Below, piece by piece: positions 51,872 through 61,826 of a stretch of DNA of 64,000 nt; position 1 is the first letter of the stretch; each line of letters opens with the position of its first letter. This stretch comes from an uncultured bacterium (GTDB lineage Bacteria > JAGOEH01). A model generated the notes under the pieces. The model ran no database searches. It saw only the letters and a program-made list of their open reading frames with translations, and was not told where the DNA came from. Both the position numbers and the translations under genes were made by a program. The stretch covers positions 84,249 through 148,248 of the forward strand of contig CAZWDO010000005.1 of the NCBI GenBank assembly GCA_964632485.1. The letters are read 5' to 3'.

Positions 51872-53533
51872 TCATTTGTTAATCAGATTGTGTTCCAATT
51901 TTCGGATAATTGTTTCAATCTGAGGTTTCATCTCGGCCGGGCACTTTTCTATATACTTATTGAACCAAAAAAGGCTTTTATCATATTTTTTCTCCTGATA
52001 ATATGAAATAGCCAGAATATAGTTCCCATCAATTTCCTCAGGAACCATCCGTTTTAAACTGAAGATCAAACTCCTGGCTTCTTCAAATCGATTCTCTTTA
52101 AAATAAAGATAGGCCAGCTCCACATACGCCGGAGCAGTCGGGCGATAGGAACTAAAAACTGCTTTTTGAAACTCTCTCTTAGCTTCTTCGGTTTGTCCTT
52201 TTTTCATCAGGAGTTCGCCATAACGATATGTAAACCAGGAATTATTCGAACGCTCATTAATCTTGGCAATATCACCAAAAATCCAATAATAACCAGCTAT
52301 TAACACAACTATCCACAAAATATCCAAATATTTTTTATTAAAAATCAATCGATAACTGGAATAAACTGCATATCCACTGACAGGTACCAGAAAAGGTATA
52401 GTCGCCAATCGATAACGGGACGAAGGAATGGTCAGAATAAAACTCAGACTGAGCAAAATAAAGCATAACCCTATAAAGATAATAAACAGATTTACTTTTT
52501 GGGTTCGGACAAGCTGTATCATTCCAATCAGATAAAAAGCGCATAACAGCGCATAATCCAATCGCATCAGCTTAAGAATCCAGGAAAATGAGCGGAATTG
52601 ATAATAATCGACATTATCAGGTATTTCGTAGCCCCCCAGCCAATTAGCAATATCCGGGATATGACCCGCGATGATGTCTTTCAGAGTTCCCCTCAACAAG
52701 ATTTCCTTCCGCCCCTTCGGATTGTCATACAAAAACGTATCGCCATCAAAATTTTTGGTTTCACTCCAGGCTCGGGTGAGAAACTGTTTAGGATTTTCGA
52801 TTTTTTTCAAAACTCTAAACACTGACTGCTGATAATATCTTCCTCTAATAAGAAACGGCGCGGAAAAAATGACAAGCGCCAAAATAAAAGTTGAGGAAAT
52901 CAATACTCTTTTCTTGATTGACATTTTATATCTAAAAAAAAGAATCAAAAAAAAAATAAATGACAAAAGTAAAAGGGGAGCAAAGTTTATCCGATTCAAA
53001 ACAGCCAGGATATTGCTCATACTAAAAAAGAAAACATTTATTACCGAAAAACGTTTCATTAATCCATAAAATGAAACTATGATAGCGGTAGAGCAGAAAA
53101 CAGAAAAAAATTCGCGCAGAATTATCATCGCATACATCCAGACTGGACCGAACAGGATCAGAAGAGTGACGGCAATAAAGGAGACCGCTTTTATATGGAA
53201 TAAATCCAATGTAAGGGAGAAAATCATCATGCCCATAATTCCAAGTAATATAATATGAAAAACGAGGATGATCTCATATCTGGAATTAACTTTCAGCAAA
53301 AACGATATTATATCGGGATAAATACTTCGAGAACTGAAATCAGTCGGATTTGCAAACAGGCCATAATCCGCGTAGTGTTTCCCAGATTTATAAATATTCA
53401 CCATATCACATCCGTTTTCCAAATTAAAATCCAATAAATGGGTGTTATTCTTCAATTCAAAAAACAATCCAAATCCTATGACTAGACAGAGAATGAAAGT
53501 ATATATCTGATACTTATATTGCGTAAGTTTCAC
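51872..53533 (-). CDS. GT-C (ArnT/PMT-like) membrane glycosyltransferase with C-terminal TPRs
   Basis: Multi-TM; YP..., ILRE and RYRL motifs; TPR helices (YVELAYLY, LAISYYQ). Confidence 0.65.
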   Translation of the reverse strand: MKLTQYKYQIYTFILCLVIGFGLFFELKNNTHLLDFNLENGCDMVNIYKSGKHYADYGLFANPTDFSSRSIYPDIISFLLKVNSRYEIILVFHIILLGIMGMMIFSLTLDLFHIKAVSFIAVTLLILFGPVWMYAMIILREFFSVFCSTAIIVSFYGLMKRFSVINVFFFSMSNILAVLNRINFAPLLLLSFIFFLILFFRYKMSIKKRVLISSTFILALVIFSAPFLIRGRYYQQSVFRVLKKIENPKQFLTRAWSETKNFDGDTFLYDNPKGRKEILLRGTLKDIIAGHIPDIANWLGGYEIPDNVDYYQFRSFSWILKLMRLDYALLCAFYLIGMIQLVRTQKVNLFIIFIGLCFILLSLSFILTIPSSRYRLATIPFLVPVSGYAVYSSYRLIFNKKYLDILWIVVLIAGYYWIFGDIAKINERSNNSWFTYRYGELLMKKGQTEEAKREFQKAVFSSYRPTAPAYVELAYLYFKENRFEEARSLIFSLKRMVPEEIDGNYILAISYYQEKKYDKSLFWFNKYIEKCPAEMKPQIETIIRKLEHNLINK

Positions 53534-53842
53534 GGAATAACAGCATTTCTATGTTTATACTGAAATAAATTTTATTATGGATCACTTGTCTTCCCATTGT
53601 TGCTTATAACAAGATAAAATAATAAGTCATCGATACTTGATTCACAATGCCCAAAATATTAAATAGCATATAGCTGTCGCTTGGTCAATGTAATATTTAT
53701 TTACGTTCACTTTCCATAATATACCCTGAAAATTGATCGTAACAATAAGTAAAACTTGAGAAACGGTCCATATTTTATTATGATACAGAAAAATAAAACC
53801 TAAATCATCAATCAACGGAGGATCGCTTGACAAGGGAAACAA

Positions 53843-53871
53843 AATATAACATAAAACAGCGAATTAGTCAA
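53843..53871 (-). promoter_or_regulatory. sigma70-type promoter heading the minus-strand glycan operon
   Basis: On the minus strand TTGACT-17bp-TATATT with an extended TGn. Confidence 0.5.
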
Positions 53872-53956
53872 GCAGAAAATATCAGGATCGAGTATTCTCA
53901 GACGAATTTGACCAACTATAGAGGATTGGTTCCGATCCGCCAAAGCAATATAAGGG

Positions 53957-54023
53957 ATGGAAAAGAAAGCTATATCCGCAAAATTTGCCTGATTCGCTGA
54001 ATTAGATTATACAAAGGGTTAAA
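53957..54023 (+). repeat. Direct repeat copy 2 (attR-like), 67 bp
   Basis: atggaaaagaaagctatatccgcaaaatttgcctgattcgctgaattagattatacaaagggttaaa. Confidence 0.95.
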
Positions 54024-54049
54024 TGGACAAAACACCGCAACCCTTTTTT
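54013..54049 (+). terminator. Hairpin plus T-run, probably the original terminator of the secreted-protein gene
   Basis: aaagggtt (54013-54020) / aacccttt (54039-54046) followed by T residues. Confidence 0.45.
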
Positions 54050-54071
54050 ATATATAGCAGTCAAATATAAA

Positions 54072-54099
54072 GAATCCCGGAGAGTGAATTCCGGGATTC
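54072..54099 (-). terminator. Terminator of the TerB-ABC/lipoprotein operon
   Basis: gaatcccgga / tccgggattc 10-bp stem; T-rich tail on the minus strand. Confidence 0.6.
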
Positions 54100-54153
54100 C
54101 AAAATCATTCCATTTCCTTGAAATAACGTTCAAGAGTTACGCATTAACAGACT

Positions 54154-54957
54154 CTATTTAAAAGTCGCCAGAATTCCCTGCGAAAGTTCCACTAATTTAT
54201 TGATTTGTTCCTGGCTGTACAAATCATTTTCGGTTTGATTCAGGACCCCTTGAATATCAGTCAGGGAGGTTTTAATAGTCTGAACTCCTTCGATCTGGTT
54301 TAAGCTTTCGCTGAAAGTACACATATTCGACAACAAATGATCGATAAATCCTTTCTTGTCAAAAATGACTTTCGTATAATCCTGTTTATAATTTTTTTGG
54401 ATCAGCTTTGTGGTCCAAAAAAGGCCTTCGACCCAACCGCCAATCTGGATAAAGGTCAACTGATCGACATCGGAAAGGGCCATCATCGTATTTTCTACCT
54501 GGGATTGGCACGATTCGAGCGCCGGAACCAATCCTTCAAAAGAACCGCCCTGGATTAGCTGATTCATGGAATCGACGATCATTACAATTGAATCTTTGAT
54601 TCCCAGAACCTCAGCAATGCTCAGGATATCAGCCGAGATCGCTACAATTGCGTCTTTGTTTTTGGCTTTAACTGAAATGATACCATCAGCCACGGCAACG
54701 CCCAGATTCAGGGCATACTTGTAATTCGCATCGACCGACAGTACGTAATTTTTAGCCTGTACAGCCGAAAAATCGCTCTCCTGCAAATGATCCAGGCTAT
54801 TCAGCATGGCGCTCAGGGAGGGTATGGCAACAAAATTAACAGTAACTTGTCCCTGCTCCTGGGCCGTATCCGACACTACGTTTTGAGTTTCCTGTTTCTT
54901 GCCGCAGGCAAAGGCTAAAAAAGCGGACACAACGAAAATGAGTGACAAACGATACAT
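54154..54957 (-). CDS. Hypothetical alpha-helical lipoprotein
   Basis: AGGAGG RBS; lipobox LAFAC; GGWVEGL motif. Confidence 0.75.
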   Translation of the reverse strand: MYRLSLIFVVSAFLAFACGKKQETQNVVSDTAQEQGQVTVNFVAIPSLSAMLNSLDHLQESDFSAVQAKNYVLSVDANYKYALNLGVAVADGIISVKAKNKDAIVAISADILSIAEVLGIKDSIVMIVDSMNQLIQGGSFEGLVPALESCQSQVENTMMALSDVDQLTFIQIGGWVEGLFWTTKLIQKNYKQDYTKVIFDKKGFIDHLLSNMCTFSESLNQIEGVQTIKTSLTDIQGVLNQTENDLYSQEQINKLVELSQGILATFK

Positions 54958-55039
54958 GTTTCCTCCTTTTAAGGAATGTGTTAAAGACACAAACGGGATG
55001 AGTGTTTAACTCATGACGTAATTGACCACAACCTACATT

Positions 55040-58000
55040 CTAATAATTCATCCGTTTCAACCGAAAAAAAGTAATACAATTTAAAACCAACGCATACAGA
55101 ACAACGACAAGGGCATTGAGATACCAGGTGGAAATTTTGAGTGATCCCCATTGACGGAAACTGCTCAGGAAATAGTTGCGACTGTTTCGCAAGGCTTTCG
55201 AATCCATGGCATCGATCGTTAACTGAATTTTTTCATTCACATAGCGATCGGGTTTGTGATGGCTCAAAAACCGGTTCTGGTTGTTTTGCAGGAGTTCCAG
55301 CTTGATTTTGAAATTCTGAAAATCGATACTGTTTTCATTCAGCAAGCGGTTTAATTCCACTTTTTCTGCCAGGATTCTTTGATTGCCCTGAACAAAAGGG
55401 TTGAGTTTGGCTTCCCCAGTGTAAAGTCCTTCGAAAATCCAACGGGAAGGCATTAATTGGCAAAATTCGGGAATGACGTCTTCATCGAATACTTTAACCC
55501 TCAGGTTCATATCTTCAAAAGAAATGAGAGCGCCGCTGAAAATAATCTGGGGAATCAGGATCATGGGGACAAAATTATAGGCGGCTTTCATGCCAGAAAT
55601 AAAAGCAGAAATCAGCAATCCGGCGGAAAAACCGATAGTGTAAGACAAAAAAAAATAGGAAACATAGAGTCCGATATTTTTCCCCACCCCGATAATCAGG
55701 TTAGAAAAAATCAGAAAAAGAGAGATTCCAATCAAACCGAAAATTGACAAGGTAATGATTTTTGAAAGAAGAAACAACAAATTGGAACGTCCCAGATTTT
55801 TTTCCCTGAAAAAGGCCCGTTTCTCTGATAATATTTCTTCTATGCTATTCATAAGTCCTGAAAAAATAAAGATAATAATTGAAATAAAAAGAAAAATCGG
55901 CGCATTGATATTCAGTCGGTATGAATATTCCTGCCCGGGAACAGAATAGCGCAATATATAAGAGATCACAATAGCCAGCAATGGCGCCTGAATAAAAGTG
56001 ATAATAACGTTTAACCGGTCGCGGAGCTTGTTTTTGAAGTTACGGATAAACAAATATTTAAACTGGTGGAATTGTCCAAATTTTTGAGTTAAACCCGGTG
56101 AGGCGGGTATTGAAACGGATGCCGCAAAATTTTTTGCATCTTTAACGAAATAACTGTAAATCATTTTTTTCTGATATTTCTGCCGCCAATAATCAGGCGG
56201 GAATTGACGGATCAGATGCGTATGTTGGAGTTGATCAAGCTGGATCATCGAATCTCCGTGGGCATCACTTTTCCGATATTCAAGTATATGGAAGATATAT
56301 TCCGGATTGCCGGCTTGTTTTTGTTGAGACAGAATCTCCTTATCCCGAGAGATGAGGGCAAGTTCATCGTCAAAGTAATTGAATATATCAGCGACGCTAC
56401 CAAAATAGACTTGTTTTCCCCCTTTATCCAGCAGTAAAAGGCGATCGAAACGATTTAAAAGGGATGAGCTGGGCTGATGGATCGTCACGATGATAATTTT
56501 ACCCTGGGATTGGTAAGTTCCCAGCAGGTTCATCACCTGTTCCGAATCACTGGATGACAACCCGGAAGTCGGTTCATCCAGGATAAATAACGAGGGATCG
56601 TAAAGCGCTTCGATACCAATATTGAGGCGTTTCCGTTCGCCTCCACTCAGCCGTTTATCAGCAATCGAACCCACCAACAAATCCCGTTTGTCAGCCAAGC
56701 GAATCTGATTGAGAATCATATTAATGCGGCGGTTGATATCGTCCTTGGCATTATTTGGCAGATACAAACGCCCAAAATAATATAGATTTTCATAAACCGT
56801 CAAATTTTCAAAAAGCAGGTCTTCCTGCGGCACATAGCCGATCGCGCGCTTAAAAAAAATAAAATCCTTATAGAGAGAAATACCGTTGAGCAGAATGTCG
56901 CCATCCGTGGGGTGATATTCGCCAACTAACATTTTAAGCAGGGTTGTCTTACCACAGCCACTGGGCCCCATAATGGCCATCAGATGCCCGGAATCGATCG
57001 CAAAAGATAAATGGTCCAGACCGATATTTTTATCCTGGAACTGGTAATGGAGTTCATCGATTTGAACCTGATTAATTTTATACCCCTGATACAAAATATC
57101 ACCCTGTTCGGAAAGAGCAAAACTAAACAACTGGAAATCGATCAGATCGCGAGTGGGCAAAATTTTTGTGGATCCCTGAATTATCTCGCCATTAACTTGA
57201 AAACTCATGGCCGGTTGAGGCGTGAGTATAAAATATTTCCCCTGCCACTCAATCCCGGCAATTGTGTCCGAATGCCGTTCCAGAGAACGTTCAATCCTAC
57301 CATTCAAATAATTAATATAAAAGCTGGAACGGCGACTAACATCTGAGAGACGGCGCCAATCCCAAAATGAAAGATCATCGAGCTTTAACAAGACGTTGCC
57401 ATTAAACTCGATATCGACTGGAAAAAACAACCGAATGCGTTGATTTTTTCTAATTTTTTTCTGATTGAGTGAGATAGACTGCCCCAGATTCTTCAGAAAA
57501 TGATTCGTGCCGGTACGGAAAATCTGAAAAGAAATATCATCATTTTGATATAAGAGGTCCTGCTTCATCCTAAGAGACCGTTCCTCAAAAAGCCGCCCCA
57601 TCATCGTCAGATCCAGGATAAAACCTTTGATGGCAATCGTTTGATCCTGAATCACTGAATAGGTACAACCGGAAGACAATGGTTTTTGATCACAATAGAC
57701 AAAATTTTCAGCAACGGGTTGAATTAAAATGACCTCACCCAGTTTGATAATAGCGGCCATCATAACGGACGAGTTATGATGGATCAAAAAATCCGCATGG
57801 GTGTCGGATCCGACAAACAGGATACTTTCACCTTGTTGAAATGGTTCTGTCAGAGTGGAAAGACGGGGATGAGCCTGAAAAGCGACACTTTGTTCGCGAG
57901 CCGCCAGTATCAATTCAACATCATGTTTATCAAGTTCAAGCGCATCTATAATTTCCATGATCATCACTTCTTCGTTGCGATGCAGTACCCAATCGCTCAA

Positions 58001-58288
58001 CGCCAGCTTATAAAGATAATAAACAATTTGCAGCCGTTCAAAATAATGAAAGGAAGTCCGTATTTGGTCAACAGCGCTATCGAAGTATTCGTTGGAATTC
58101 CTTTCTATCAGTCGTCGGATTGAGCCGATCGCCAATAATCGATTATGATAGACATGGAAAAGAAAATCATAAAAGAGTTCGATTTCTTTGGCAGTAACCT
58201 GTTGATCAATGCGAATCAGATGGATAAAAACAGTGGCGATAGCTTCAATCTGTTTAACAATTAACGCGCTGCCGGATAATTTTTGAAT
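55040..58288 (-). CDS. ABCG-like transporter: TerB-like N-terminal domain, FHA-like linker, ATPase and ABC2 membrane domain
   Basis: GPSGCGKT, LSGGERKR, LDEPTSGL and TIHQP motifs; TM domain with PQIIFSG; frame open upstream to an ATT at 58288 after GGAGG (the ORF track starts at 58135). Confidence 0.85.
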   Translation of the reverse strand: MQKLSGSALIVKQIEAIATVFIHLIRIDQQVTAKEIELFYDFLFHVYHNRLLAIGSIRRLIERNSNEYFDSAVDQIRTSFHYFERLQIVYYLYKLALSDWVLHRNEEVMIMEIIDALELDKHDVELILAAREQSVAFQAHPRLSTLTEPFQQGESILFVGSDTHADFLIHHNSSVMMAAIIKLGEVILIQPVAENFVYCDQKPLSSGCTYSVIQDQTIAIKGFILDLTMMGRLFEERSLRMKQDLLYQNDDISFQIFRTGTNHFLKNLGQSISLNQKKIRKNQRIRLFFPVDIEFNGNVLLKLDDLSFWDWRRLSDVSRRSSFYINYLNGRIERSLERHSDTIAGIEWQGKYFILTPQPAMSFQVNGEIIQGSTKILPTRDLIDFQLFSFALSEQGDILYQGYKINQVQIDELHYQFQDKNIGLDHLSFAIDSGHLMAIMGPSGCGKTTLLKMLVGEYHPTDGDILLNGISLYKDFIFFKRAIGYVPQEDLLFENLTVYENLYYFGRLYLPNNAKDDINRRINMILNQIRLADKRDLLVGSIADKRLSGGERKRLNIGIEALYDPSLFILDEPTSGLSSSDSEQVMNLLGTYQSQGKIIIVTIHQPSSSLLNRFDRLLLLDKGGKQVYFGSVADIFNYFDDELALISRDKEILSQQKQAGNPEYIFHILEYRKSDAHGDSMIQLDQLQHTHLIRQFPPDYWRQKYQKKMIYSYFVKDAKNFAASVSIPASPGLTQKFGQFHQFKYLFIRNFKNKLRDRLNVIITFIQAPLLAIVISYILRYSVPGQEYSYRLNINAPIFLFISIIIFIFSGLMNSIEEILSEKRAFFREKNLGRSNLLFLLSKIITLSIFGLIGISLFLIFSNLIIGVGKNIGLYVSYFFLSYTIGFSAGLLISAFISGMKAAYNFVPMILIPQIIFSGALISFEDMNLRVKVFDEDVIPEFCQLMPSRWIFEGLYTGEAKLNPFVQGNQRILAEKVELNRLLNENSIDFQNFKIKLELLQNNQNRFLSHHKPDRYVNEKIQLTIDAMDSKALRNSRNYFLSSFRQWGSLKISTWYLNALVVVLYALVLNCITFFRLKRMNY

Positions 58289-58538
58289 AAGCGTTCCTCC
58301 CTTAATGGATTACCGGTAACAATCGCTTTAAACATAGTAAATTATAATGTATAAATGGAAAAAAAACAAGTTATAAATTTTAAAATTTAAAAAAGGAACG
58401 GGCTTTTTGACCATCCATAATTGAAGCGCCCACGACATATCGGAGAATAATGGAGGATACGCCTTCAACGTACATAGAAATTATAACTCTTAAGCTCCCT
58501 GTCGTTTGACGGCACATTTCCATTTTTGAAAATTTCTA

Positions 58539-58566
58539 TTGACATTTTGTGAATTTTTTGTATAAT
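58539..58566 (+). promoter_or_regulatory. Consensus sigma70 promoter of the arg operon
   Basis: TTGACA-16bp-TATAAT. Confidence 0.65.
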
Positions 58567-58655
58567 TAAACGGTTGTCAACCCGAAATGATCGGGACCTT
58601 GTAATTTGAGCCCAAGCAGACCTTTCATTCTGCGCACCAATTTTCGGAGGAACGT

Positions 58656-59657
58656 ATGCGTCATTTTTTAGCGATTGAAGATTATTCCCAGACTGAAATC
58701 CAGGCCATGCTTGATTTGGCCAAGGAACTCAAACGTTACCGCTACCAGGATTTACTGAATAAACGATCGATGGTTTCCATGTTTTTCAATCCATCGACCC
58801 GGACCCGGACGTCGATGGAACTGGCGATTTCCCAATTGGGCGGTCATCATATCACCCTGGAACCGGGCAAATCTTCCTGGGGTATCGAGGTTAATGACGG
58901 TATCGTTATGTTGGGCGATGCGGAAGAACACATGCGCGAAGTCGCCGGAGTTCTCAGCCGTTATGTCGATATTATCGGTATCCGCTGTTTCCCTACCTTT
59001 AAGGATTGGTCCTATGATCGTCAGGATCCGGTGATTAAAAGCCTGGCGCGGCACTCCTCTGTTCCGGTAGTTAACCTGGAGACAATCAGCCATCCCTGCC
59101 AGGCGTTGGCCATGATGCAGACGATCCAGGAGAAAACGGACACCCAGAAGAATAAAAATTTTACACTTACGTGGGTCTATCACCCCCGCGGGCTCAATAC
59201 GGCTGTTGCCAATTCAGCCGGGGTCATGGCTTCTTTAATGGGCATGAACATTACTATTGCGCATCCTCCGGGATATGACCTGGATGAACGCTATATCTCC
59301 TATATGAAAAACCAATGCCACTCGCAGGGTACCCGATTTCGGATCACGCACAACATGGATGAAGCGATGGAAGGCGCGCATTTCGTCTATGCCAAAAGCT
59401 GGGGATCCCTTCAGCAGTACGGCAATTTCCAGGCGGATATCCACCAGCAATATCAGTACTGGATCGTCAACAGCGCGCGCATGAAGAAAACCGACAATGG
59501 ATATTTCAGCCACTGCCTGCCATTACGCCGCAACGTTAAAGCCACCGATGAGGTGCTCGACTCGCCGCAATCCCTGGTCATTGACGAAGCCGAAAACCGC
59601 TTACACGTCCAAAAAGCAGTATTGGTTACTCTTGAAAGGGAGCGGCATCATGACTAA
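58656..59657 (+). CDS. argF': N-acetylornithine carbamoyltransferase (ArgF')
   Basis: FFNPSTRT, GDAEEH, HPCQ, YHPRGLNTAVANS and HCLPLRRNV motifs, AOTCase-type. Confidence 0.9.
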   Translation: MRHFLAIEDYSQTEIQAMLDLAKELKRYRYQDLLNKRSMVSMFFNPSTRTRTSMELAISQLGGHHITLEPGKSSWGIEVNDGIVMLGDAEEHMREVAGVLSRYVDIIGIRCFPTFKDWSYDRQDPVIKSLARHSSVPVVNLETISHPCQALAMMQTIQEKTDTQKNKNFTLTWVYHPRGLNTAVANSAGVMASLMGMNITIAHPPGYDLDERYISYMKNQCHSQGTRFRITHNMDEAMEGAHFVYAKSWGSLQQYGNFQADIHQQYQYWIVNSARMKKTDNGYFSHCLPLRRNVKATDEVLDSPQSLVIDEAENRLHVQKAVLVTLERERHHD

Positions 59658-60828
59658 ACGGGTTGTTCTTGCCTTTTCCGGCGGTTTGGATACTTCATTC
59701 TGTGTGGTCTATCTCAAGGAACAGGGTTATGAAGTCATTACCGTGGCAGTGGATACGGGAGGATTTTCTCACGAGCAGTTGCGTCAGATCGAACAACGGG
59801 CGCTTTCTTTGGGCGCCATCGAACATTTCAGCATTGATGCCCGCGAAAAAATTTATGAACAGATCATTCAATATTTAATCAAGTTAAACGGCCTCTATGA
59901 AAACGATTACCCGGTCATGTGCGCGGATCGCTATGTGATCGCCGAGGAAACGATCCGTATCGCCCGTGAGAAACAGGCCAATTTCATTGCCCACGGGAGC
60001 ACGGCCATGGGGAATGACCAGGTCCGTTTCGATGCAACCTTTTTAACCTTAGCTTCCGATCTATTGATAATCACCCCCATTAAAGAACTTGGTATCAGCC
60101 GCGCCAAAGAGATACAATTCCTCGAAGAACGCGGATTCGAAGTGGACAAACGGGTTAAACAATACACTATTAATGAAAATGTGTTCGGAATCACGGCGTC
60201 GGGCGGCGAAATCGATGAAGGTACCGAACCCGCGCCTCAGGCGTACCAGCTTACGAAACTAGATCCGATACTCACCATCCATGATCAGGAATATTTGACA
60301 ATCGAGTTTAAAAATGGCCTGCCAATCGCCGTCAATCAGCAGGAACAGTCAGGACTGGCATTACTGCAGACTTTAAATGAACGGGTGGGACGTTGGGGAT
60401 TCGGCAGTCGCATCTATACCGGTGATTGCATCATCGGCATCAAGGGGCGCATTCTGTTCGAAGCGCCCGGGCTGTTCACTCTGATCGAAGCGCATCGTAA
60501 ACTGGAACAACAAATATTGACAAAAGCCGAATTTTCGTTTAATGAAATTGCGAGACACCAATGGGCCGATCTGGTTTATGGCGGACGTTATTACGAACCC
60601 CTGGTGAAACATCTTGAACGCTATGCCGATTCCGCCCAGCAGCGAGTCAACGGTGTCGTTACGATAAAACTGATGCCCCGTCAATTAGCGATTGTTTCGA
60701 CCGCATCTGCCAATTCTATGATCCGTCCCGACATTGCGGTTTACGCCCAGCAATCGTCGTGGGACGCCACTCAGGCCAACGGATTTATCAAACTTTATAC
60801 CATGCAGCAGGTACTGGCGAATCGATGA
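59650..60828 (+). CDS. argG: Argininosuccinate synthase
   Basis: LAFSGGLDTS, GNDQVRF and KGRILFEAPG motifs. Confidence 0.93.
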   Translation: MTKRVVLAFSGGLDTSFCVVYLKEQGYEVITVAVDTGGFSHEQLRQIEQRALSLGAIEHFSIDAREKIYEQIIQYLIKLNGLYENDYPVMCADRYVIAEETIRIAREKQANFIAHGSTAMGNDQVRFDATFLTLASDLLIITPIKELGISRAKEIQFLEERGFEVDKRVKQYTINENVFGITASGGEIDEGTEPAPQAYQLTKLDPILTIHDQEYLTIEFKNGLPIAVNQQEQSGLALLQTLNERVGRWGFGSRIYTGDCIIGIKGRILFEAPGLFTLIEAHRKLEQQILTKAEFSFNEIARHQWADLVYGGRYYEPLVKHLERYADSAQQRVNGVVTIKLMPRQLAIVSTASANSMIRPDIAVYAQQSSWDATQANGFIKLYTMQQVLANR

Positions 60829-61826
60829 TTGACCTGTTACGGCAATTGATGACCGAAAGTCACCGGGGTGACTATCGCCCCATTTTCGGGGTGATCAGAC
60901 AGTTTCTGGAATCCCATACTCAGGCGAGGATTGTAGTACAATCCATTAATGAGACCAAAGCCAATCTGATTGCAGTATTCGGCAACGGTGAGCATTTGAT
61001 CAATGCGCACATGGACACGGTTCCACCTGCGGGGAAATGGTCGGTTCCCATTTATGAACCCACTCTTCGAAGCGCTAGGGTTTACGGGCTGGGCGCCTGC
61101 GATACCAAGGGAAATATCGCGGCTCTGTTGGCAGCATGCCGGGACTCGCAACCCCGCAATCTGATGCTGCTTTTCAGTTTCGACGAGGAATCAGGCAAGG
61201 TTGAATCCGGCGTAACCCATTTTCTTAAAAGCTCATTAGCGCAACGCATCCAAACCGCAATTGTTTGCGAACCGACCGAGAACCGCATCGCCAGCCGCCA
61301 TCCTGGTTATGCGTCTTTTGTGGCGCGAATTTGCCGGCGAGCCGGCCATAGTTCCGTCAGCGGCGTGGAAAACGCAATTACGCTTGCCGCGGGATTAATT
61401 ACCCGACTGGTCAACGCCGATTTTCAGGTCAACAAAATTCAAGGCGGGATGGCCGGAAATATTGCTGCCAGTGAATGCGAATTTAAAATCAGTTGCCGCA
61501 ATTATCAGTCATGGTCGGAAAATTTGACCAATATCAGAACAATAGCGGGTCAAATCCCCGGATTAGCGCTGAAACCCTGGTTCAAAGGGCCAGCTTTCTG
61601 CAATCTGTCACAATGCTTTATCCCTAACATGGAACCGATCGAAGTACCATTCTGGAGCGAAGCGGGATTGTTTCAGGAACGGGGTATCGCCACGTTAATC
61701 TATGGCGCGGGCTCGATTCGCCAGGCTCATCGCGCCGATGAATGGGTCAACCTGCAACAACTTAATAAGGCCTATCATTTTTTTATCCGCCGGGGAAAGG
61801 CTCAGCATGAAAAATCTTATACTTGA
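60825..61826 (+). CDS. argE: M20 acetylornithine/acetylcitrulline deacetylase
   Basis: AHMDTV, GLGACDTKG, DEE, CEPT and QAHRADEWV motifs; operon context. Confidence 0.85.
   Translation: MIDLLRQLMTESHRGDYRPIFGVIRQFLESHTQARIVVQSINETKANLIAVFGNGEHLINAHMDTVPPAGKWSVPIYEPTLRSARVYGLGACDTKGNIAALLAACRDSQPRNLMLLFSFDEESGKVESGVTHFLKSSLAQRIQTAIVCEPTENRIASRHPGYASFVARICRRAGHSSVSGVENAITLAAGLITRLVNADFQVNKIQGGMAGNIAASECEFKISCRNYQSWSENLTNIRTIAGQIPGLALKPWFKGPAFCNLSQCFIPNMEPIEVPFWSEAGLFQERGIATLIYGAGSIRQAHRADEWVNLQQLNKAYHFFIRRGKAQHEKSYT

Noticed and set aside
51672-51875. 67-aa ORF upstream of the RRE gene as a RiPP precursor
   Set aside because: No YxxPxL leader or Thr(-2)/Gly core pattern; likely spurious despite the ATGA overlap.
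53880-53956. Transposase-like snippets next to the right repeat (LTNYRGLVPIRQS, IS110-like; TIEDWFRSAK, IS4-like)
   Set aside because: Too short, and the two readings are in conflicting frames.
58547-58566. ARG box overlapping the arg promoter
   Set aside because: Only the TGAAT half-site matches; there is no convincing palindrome.
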